Below the pieces are notes generated by a model. That model searched no databases. It saw nothing but the letters and a program-made list of their open reading frames with translations, and had not been told where the DNA came from. From positions 2,914,001 through 2,978,000 of the forward strand of contig OZ251227.1 in assembly GCA_965240325.2 (NCBI GenBank): 64,000 nt of DNA, read 5' to 3'. Of the stretch, positions 58,776-64,000 are shown one piece after another; the stretch's first letter is position 1; each line of letters opens with the position of its first letter. Both the position numbers and the translations under genes were made by a program. This DNA is from Rebecca billardiae RCC1528 (taxonomy: Eukaryota > Protista > Haptophyta).

Positions 58776-61700
58776 TCAGCAGCGTACATTCCACCAATTC
58801 AACGCAGGTTGCGTCGGTGTCGCTCTCATGCCGACTGCTTCCTCCAGATCCCGCCCCTGGCCGGAGACTGGTTGGGATGGATGCGTAGATGGTCGTAAGC
58901 CGGACGCCTCCGACGACATGGCGGTGAGCGTGCGCAGGACATCCAATGCCTCCCGTGTGTGCGCGCCAGAGAAAAAGCCGCCGAACTCGAGGTTGTGGCC
59001 GCGGCGCTTGAGCACACGTAAGGTGCGATGGACGATGTGCGATGGGCAGAGCTCGGCGCTAACGACGTCGGTGAGTGGCAGAACGATGTCCAGAAGCGAG
59101 GCTCGCGACGTCGGTGTGGCATCTGCGTATTGCGAGGACGGCATGGGATCCACTAGTGCAGGGTTGATCGCGTGGCCAAGGGTGCTCGAGACGGCCCGGG
59201 CAGAGAGCGCAGTGAATGATCCGAGGGATGCCATGCCGAACGTGCTCGTCGCGCCCGTCCCGACGTATCGGAAGCGCAGCATGCCGCTTCCGAGCAACAG
59301 CTCGCCAGGGCCGACGGGCGCCCCCGGATCGCCACAGACGAGGACGCAGTCATACCGTTTGACAGCGGCGGCGTGCGCCCTGAGGGTACCCTCGTCCACC
59401 ACCCCCGCAGCGTCGGCTGTGAGCGCTCTTGCGCGCGCATGCTCGTCGCCCACGCTCTCAAGCGAGCTCCCTTGCGCTTGCCGGCGGGTTGATGCCGCCG
59501 CCAGACGTGCGGCATCTCCGTAGTTTGGATCGGACAGGGCGCGGTAGCGGCCAAAGGGCGGCCGCGCCCCTGGGCCGTCTGCGCTGCTCGCAGAGATCGT
59601 GCGAATGGCCTGGGGGGCGTAATCATCGGTGGCCTGATGATCGGCTGCAGGGGCAGGCTTGGTGGCGGCCGCGCGTCGCAGGTGCGTGACCCAATCGACC
59701 CGCTCGGCGTGAGAAGACGCGCAGAAGATGAGCTTCCGATCACCCACGTCGAGTCCGAAAGCGAACGGCGCCCCATCGTCGGAAAGGAAGTGCACGTGCG
59801 CCGTGTCGTAGCTGGACGAGGACCGCAGGGGCACCATGTCCGCAGCACATGTGGAGCCGAAGTCGTCGAAGAGGTTCAGCACGCTCTCGCCGTGCAAGAC
59901 AGCGTATGCGCGCTTCCAGCTGCCGGCACGCTCGCGCACGCCGACGAAGCCCTCCTTGGCCTCGGTGTGCCCACCCCACCGCACCACGCCCGATGGCGTC
60001 CAGGTCAGCCCGCCCGTGTGGAGCAGCTGCGCTGCCACCTGCTCGAAGGCGAAGTGCGGCACGCGCAGCTGCGCCCGAACCGACTTGGCCGAGGCGCCGC
60101 CGGCCACGTCGTCGGCCGTGAGCACTGACTCCATGCCCTCGTCGGCGGCGGCACTCGATGGGAAAATGTCGGGCGAGCCACGCGCGAGCGCGCCGATGTT
60201 GGCCACGAGGCGCTGAAAGAACTGCCGAAGCGCCAGCAGCTCCGACCCAAAGGCGAGCCGGAGCCCGCATGTCGGGCACTCGAGCGTCAGCATCCCGTCC
60301 TCACCATCGACGGTGATAGCGAGGCGCTGCAGCTCCAAAGCGACGTGCAGCGTGGCCGAGCTCGGAGCGGATGTGGCACGTGCTGTGCCCTTGCTGCCCG
60401 CAGCACTCGCAGCACGTCGGCCGGCGCTGCCAGCGTGCGCGAGCTGCACGTTGCCAACGGCAGTGTCATCCCCGCCGTCGATGATCGCGACTACGAGCCC
60501 GCCGAGGTGCAGGCCGACAGAAAAGCGCGCACGCAGGGCGTCGAGAAGCAGCAGGGCACCAAGCTGCACGATGAAGTAGTGAAAGCGCCACTCGAGCGCA
60601 AGCTCCATGACCGCGCGGGCGTTGCTCAGCCGTGCCACCAGACACGCTGCGAGCTCGAGCGGAGCTGCTGACAGCAGCACGGAGATGGGCGCAAGCCGAA
60701 GCTGCAAGTGCCACGCGATCGGTACTGACGATACAGCCGCAGAGCCCGCAGTGCTGCTGCCCTTGGGGCTCTCCGCCGCGGGCCGGCGACCAGCTGCCAA
60801 GTTGGCGTTGAGGGTCGAGGTTGCCGCCGCAGGCACATCGGGCCGCAGGTCCACGTGCGCCGTGGCGCAGCAGTCGCCCAGTGCCGCGGAGGGCTCGAGG
60901 GCGATGAGCGTGGTGATGTGCACGGACGCATCGCCACCATCGCTCGCGCTGCGCGCATGCGCCGCGTTGCCAAGGGCTGCACCGTCGCCAGCTGGCGCAG
61001 AGGCCACTGAGGGCCTGCAGTAGTGCGTGCGGCGCTCTCGGACGTGCAGCTCGAGAGCCGCATCGCGTGCTGCCAGATCAGCTGCGAAGAGCACTCCAGC
61101 GTTGAGCAGAGAACCGGAGCACTGCGCCTGCAGCGAGTGCACGCGCAGCTCGAGCGCATCGCCCTCCGCGAAGCCCAGGCGGACACAGACTGTCGGCAAT
61201 CGCATGCGCAGCGCTGCCGCGGCTGTCAGCGCGCCCCCCGCTGCCATCTGGATCGAGGCCGCGTTGCCGCCGCCGGCGCTCTCGACACTCGGCCGGCCAG
61301 CGAGGCGAGCGTGCTTCTCGAGCACGGCGTGCATGCGCCCCTGCGCGCGCTCCGCGTGGCCAGGCGCCGGTTCCGCAGTCGCGTGGAAGAGCTGCCTCCG
61401 TTCGTGCAGCGCTGGCTCGAGCAGCGCGTGAACAGCACGTGATCGCCAGAACTCGGCTGGCAGCTCCGACAGGCGGGCGAACAAGTGCTGGCGGACGCCG
61501 GCACTGGCGGTGGCAGCCAGCGGCGCGGAAGGCTGCGCGCGGCCGTCTGCGGTGGCGGCCACAGGCGAGGACGGCGCCAGGAGGCTCGCGAGCTCCCTGG
61601 CGGCCACGCTGTCGACCATGGGGAGCACGGTCACCAGGCACCGCTCCGCGGTGAGCTCGAGCTGCGCGTCGACGCGCGCGAGCAGGCGGACGAGCGTGCG

Positions 61701-62972
61701 CAGGGGCAGGGTGCGGTGCAGCTCGTCCAGCAGCTCGCGCTCCGCATCCTCCAGCGGCCGGAAGGCGTGGTGCCAGGGGCGCTGAGCGTGCGCGTCCCGC
61801 ACGGCGAGCCGGACAAAGTCGCGCTCGGCGCCGTAGGTGCGCCACAGCTCCGCCCATGCGTCGTAGCGCACGGCGCGCCGGGTGGCTCTCGCGCGCGCGC
61901 GCGCCAGCGCGCCCGCGTACGCCCACCACGCGCGCGCGCTGCCGGTGCCGGCGTGCGGCCGTTTGGCCGGGCGATGCGCGCACATCTGCGCCCAGTAGCC
62001 GATGTCACGCAGGCACATGAGCACGGCCAGCACGCGGAGGAGCTGCTCCTCGCTGACGCTCACGCGCAGCTCCGTCAGCCCGTCGAGCTCGAGCTGCAGC
62101 CGCGGCACGCCGCTCAGGCTGCGCGCGTTCGGCTTGGCGATCAGCCGGCACGCGAGCGTGAGCGGGTGCAGCACGCGCTCGAGCGTCGCCTCGTCGTCGC
62201 GCGGCTGGCGGATGCCCTCGCTCACGTGCACCGCGAGCCGGCTGAGCTCGAGCCGCTTGTCGACCAGCATATCCCACCCTGCCGAGCCCGCTGGGTTGGC
62301 ACCCGCGGCGCTCGCTCTGCCCGCAGCCGAGCGCAGCGCGAGCCCGTCGAGTGACACGCCGATGGTGAAGGCGGGAAGGCCTGCGCCGCCCGCGCCGCTC
62401 GGTGCGGAGTAGCTGATGTGCACACGCTGCACGTCCACCACGAGGTTGGTCAGAACAGTGGCGATCATGCGCCAGGACAGGAGCCGGCTGTCGCCAGAAC
62501 CCGCACCCGCGCTGTCCGGCGAGTCGGCAGCCGACGTGCTCTCCCCTGCGGGCGCGGCGGGCTCGTCCGAGGGCTTTGCGAGCGCGCGCACGAGCAGCTC
62601 ACGCGCGCGCGCGAGTGCCTCTGGTGTCCACGCCGCTCCGTCGGGGTGCTCGGCCTCGATGACAACTCCGTCGACGACGACGACGATAGGCGACGTGAGC
62701 AGCCGCTTCCACGGGATCTTGACGCGGAGCCGCCCGATGCGCGCGGCGCGCAGCGCGACGGGCAGGAGCAGCGCGTTGAACGCGGCCACGTTGACCGTCA
62801 AGTCCTCGAGGAGGAGGTCACCCTTCCACCAGCCGATGCTCAGCTGGGAGCGGTCGAGATTACGGATGAGCGGTACGCCACCGATCGTCAGCAGGCTCGC
62901 AAGCCTGCTCGCGATCAGGTGGGGCAGGCTGAAGGACGCCGCGCCGCCGGCCGAGGCCGCGTTGGCGGCCAT
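58776..62972 (-). CDS. Short VPS13-like (chorein-N) bridge lipid-transfer protein with PH and probable GRAM domains
   Basis: NLDRSQLSIGWWKGDLLLEDL, IGRLRVKIPW, PIVVVVDGV, ARAWWAYA. PH: KEGFV...WKRAYAVL...FCASSHAERVDWV. GRAM-like: GELLLG..LRF, IVLPLTDV. Confidence 0.85.
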   Translation of the reverse strand: MAANAASAGGAASFSLPHLIASRLASLLTIGGVPLIRNLDRSQLSIGWWKGDLLLEDLTVNVAAFNALLLPVALRAARIGRLRVKIPWKRLLTSPIVVVVDGVVIEAEHPDGAAWTPEALARARELLVRALAKPSDEPAAPAGESTSAADSPDSAGAGSGDSRLLSWRMIATVLTNLVVDVQRVHISYSAPSGAGGAGLPAFTIGVSLDGLALRSAAGRASAAGANPAGSAGWDMLVDKRLELSRLAVHVSEGIRQPRDDEATLERVLHPLTLACRLIAKPNARSLSGVPRLQLELDGLTELRVSVSEEQLLRVLAVLMCLRDIGYWAQMCAHRPAKRPHAGTGSARAWWAYAGALARARARATRRAVRYDAWAELWRTYGAERDFVRLAVRDAHAQRPWHHAFRPLEDAERELLDELHRTLPLRTLVRLLARVDAQLELTAERCLVTVLPMVDSVAARELASLLAPSSPVAATADGRAQPSAPLAATASAGVRQHLFARLSELPAEFWRSRAVHALLEPALHERRQLFHATAEPAPGHAERAQGRMHAVLEKHARLAGRPSVESAGGGNAASIQMAAGGALTAAAALRMRLPTVCVRLGFAEGDALELRVHSLQAQCSGSLLNAGVLFAADLAARDAALELHVRERRTHYCRPSVASAPAGDGAALGNAAHARSASDGGDASVHITTLIALEPSAALGDCCATAHVDLRPDVPAAATSTLNANLAAGRRPAAESPKGSSTAGSAAVSSVPIAWHLQLRLAPISVLLSAAPLELAACLVARLSNARAVMELALEWRFHYFIVQLGALLLLDALRARFSVGLHLGGLVVAIIDGGDDTAVGNVQLAHAGSAGRRAASAAGSKGTARATSAPSSATLHVALELQRLAITVDGEDGMLTLECPTCGLRLAFGSELLALRQFFQRLVANIGALARGSPDIFPSSAAADEGMESVLTADDVAGGASAKSVRAQLRVPHFAFEQVAAQLLHTGGLTWTPSGVVRWGGHTEAKEGFVGVRERAGSWKRAYAVLHGESVLNLFDDFGSTCAADMVPLRSSSSYDTAHVHFLSDDGAPFAFGLDVGDRKLIFCASSHAERVDWVTHLRRAAATKPAPAADHQATDDYAPQAIRTISASSADGPGARPPFGRYRALSDPNYGDAARLAAASTRRQAQGSSLESVGDEHARARALTADAAGVVDEGTLRAHAAAVKRYDCVLVCGDPGAPVGPGELLLGSGMLRFRYVGTGATSTFGMASLGSFTALSARAVSSTLGHAINPALVDPMPSSQYADATPTSRASLLDIVLPLTDVVSAELCPSHIVHRTLRVLKRRGHNLEFGGFFSGAHTREALDVLRTLTAMSSEASGLRPSTHPSQPVSGQGRDLEEAVGMRATPTQPALNWWNVRC

Positions 62973-63082
62973 CCCGCGCAACGCAAAATAAGCACGATTG
63001 CCACCGCCGCGCGTTCCGGCTGCGCGGGAAGTCGGTCCGGACTCCGGCGTCCTCTCGGGGCCGGCCCCGCGTCGTCTCGACG

Positions 63083-64000
63083 ATGGCGTACATTCTCGGC
63101 GCAAGACGGCACGTCGTTTCCGTCATGCGCGCGGGCTTCTGCCGCACGACGCGCGCCCTCGCGTCGGCGGCCAGCGTCACGCCGACTCGGCCATCCATGC
63201 AGCAGCGCGTGGCGACCGCCGCGGCATACGCCTTCTTTGCGGCCAACGTCGGCGCGCTGTTCACCAACCAGAACGAGTCACTCGTCGCGCTCGACACGTA
63301 CTCGGCTGTGATCGAGAAGCAGATCCTCGACACCAGTGGCGAGGCCGATGGCGCGAAGTTGGAGAAGGCACTCGAGGTGCTCGCCCGTGGGCTCCCGCTG
63401 TGCGACAGCTTGCGCGCCCGGGTCGCCGGCTCGGCCGACGTTTTGCAGCGGCTGCTCGAGCTGTGCGCTGCTGCGCCGACAGTGGCGGCGCGCTACAGCT
63501 CCGCCAAGGCGCTCGAGTCCACGTGCGCGCTCCCAAGCGCTCGCGCTGACATCCTCGACGCGGGCGTGCACATCGCCCTAGCTAAGCTCGCCAGCGACGC
63601 ACACATGCTCACGTACGTGCGCAAGTCGGCGGCCAGCGCGCTCGCCCAGCTGTCGAGTGATGCCGCGCGCGCCGCCGCTGCGGGCGATGCGCGCGGGGCC
63701 TCGGATGTCGCGCGCCTCGCGGCGGGCGGTGTGATTGGTGCACTCGACGTCGCCCTCCAAGACCCGGGCATCGCGCGCCAGCGCATGCGCGGCGCGCTCG
63801 TGCGCCTGTGCGACGCGCTCGACAGCGCAACGGACGGCTCGAGGGAGCTGGCGCCGCGGGAGCGGGAGGTCCTTGCAGCCCACCGCGCGGCCGTTGCGGC
63901 TGCCGCGGCGGGTGACGGAGCCGGGGCTGGCAGCGCGCTCCAGCCCGCGCTGGTCCTCGTTGACTCGGCGCGCACGGCGTTGGTCGAGGGCGGCGCGCTC
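63083..64000 (+). CDS. 3'-truncated helical/ARM-like repeat protein with possible organellar targeting peptide
   Basis: Open frame from ATG 63083 to the window end (MAYILGARRHVVSVMRAGFCRTTRAL...), with amphipathic helical repeats such as ILDAGVHIALAKL and AGGVIGALDVAL. Confidence 0.6.
   Translation, partial: MAYILGARRHVVSVMRAGFCRTTRALASAASVTPTRPSMQQRVATAAAYAFFAANVGALFTNQNESLVALDTYSAVIEKQILDTSGEADGAKLEKALEVLARGLPLCDSLRARVAGSADVLQRLLELCAAAPTVAARYSSAKALESTCALPSARADILDAGVHIALAKLASDAHMLTYVRKSAASALAQLSSDAARAAAAGDARGASDVARLAAGGVIGALDVALQDPGIARQRMRGALVRLCDALDSATDGSRELAPREREVLAAHRAAVAAAAAGDGAGAGSALQPALVLVDSARTALVEGGAL

Overview
Very GC-rich eukaryotic genomic DNA, with short GT-AG introns (most donors GTGCG-like) and AT-rich/(TA)n intergenic spacers. 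The composition and gene content suggest a microalga, possibly a haptophyte such as Pavlovales (inference). About 17 protein-coding genes can be supported: a GT71+GT32 glycosyltransferase fusion, ARPC3, an F-box/SPRY protein, a COG0523/CobW metallochaperone, a thioredoxin with repeat tail, a frameshifted P1B-ATPase, a multi-TM protein, a HACD/PTPLA dehydratase fused to an SDR-like domain, a coiled-coil protein, a Raf-like TKL kinase, GT8, a fucosyltransferase-like protein, Rab28, PLAT-PP2C (PTC7-like), NMT, TVP15-like, CCDC93, a short VPS13-like chorein-N/PH/GRAM protein and a partial ARM-like gene. The interval ~25-45 kb is rich in mobile DNA: several MITE families, two Helentron/HINE-like elements, a 3.46-kb insertion with a CGCG target duplication carrying gene fragments, a 1.9-kb insertion with no target duplication, and a young non-autonomous copia LTR element. 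The most notable items are the HACD-reductase fusion (a candidate bifunctional fatty-acid elongation enzyme) and the nested, unusual transposons. Exon boundaries and family calls were made by eye, not by database search.
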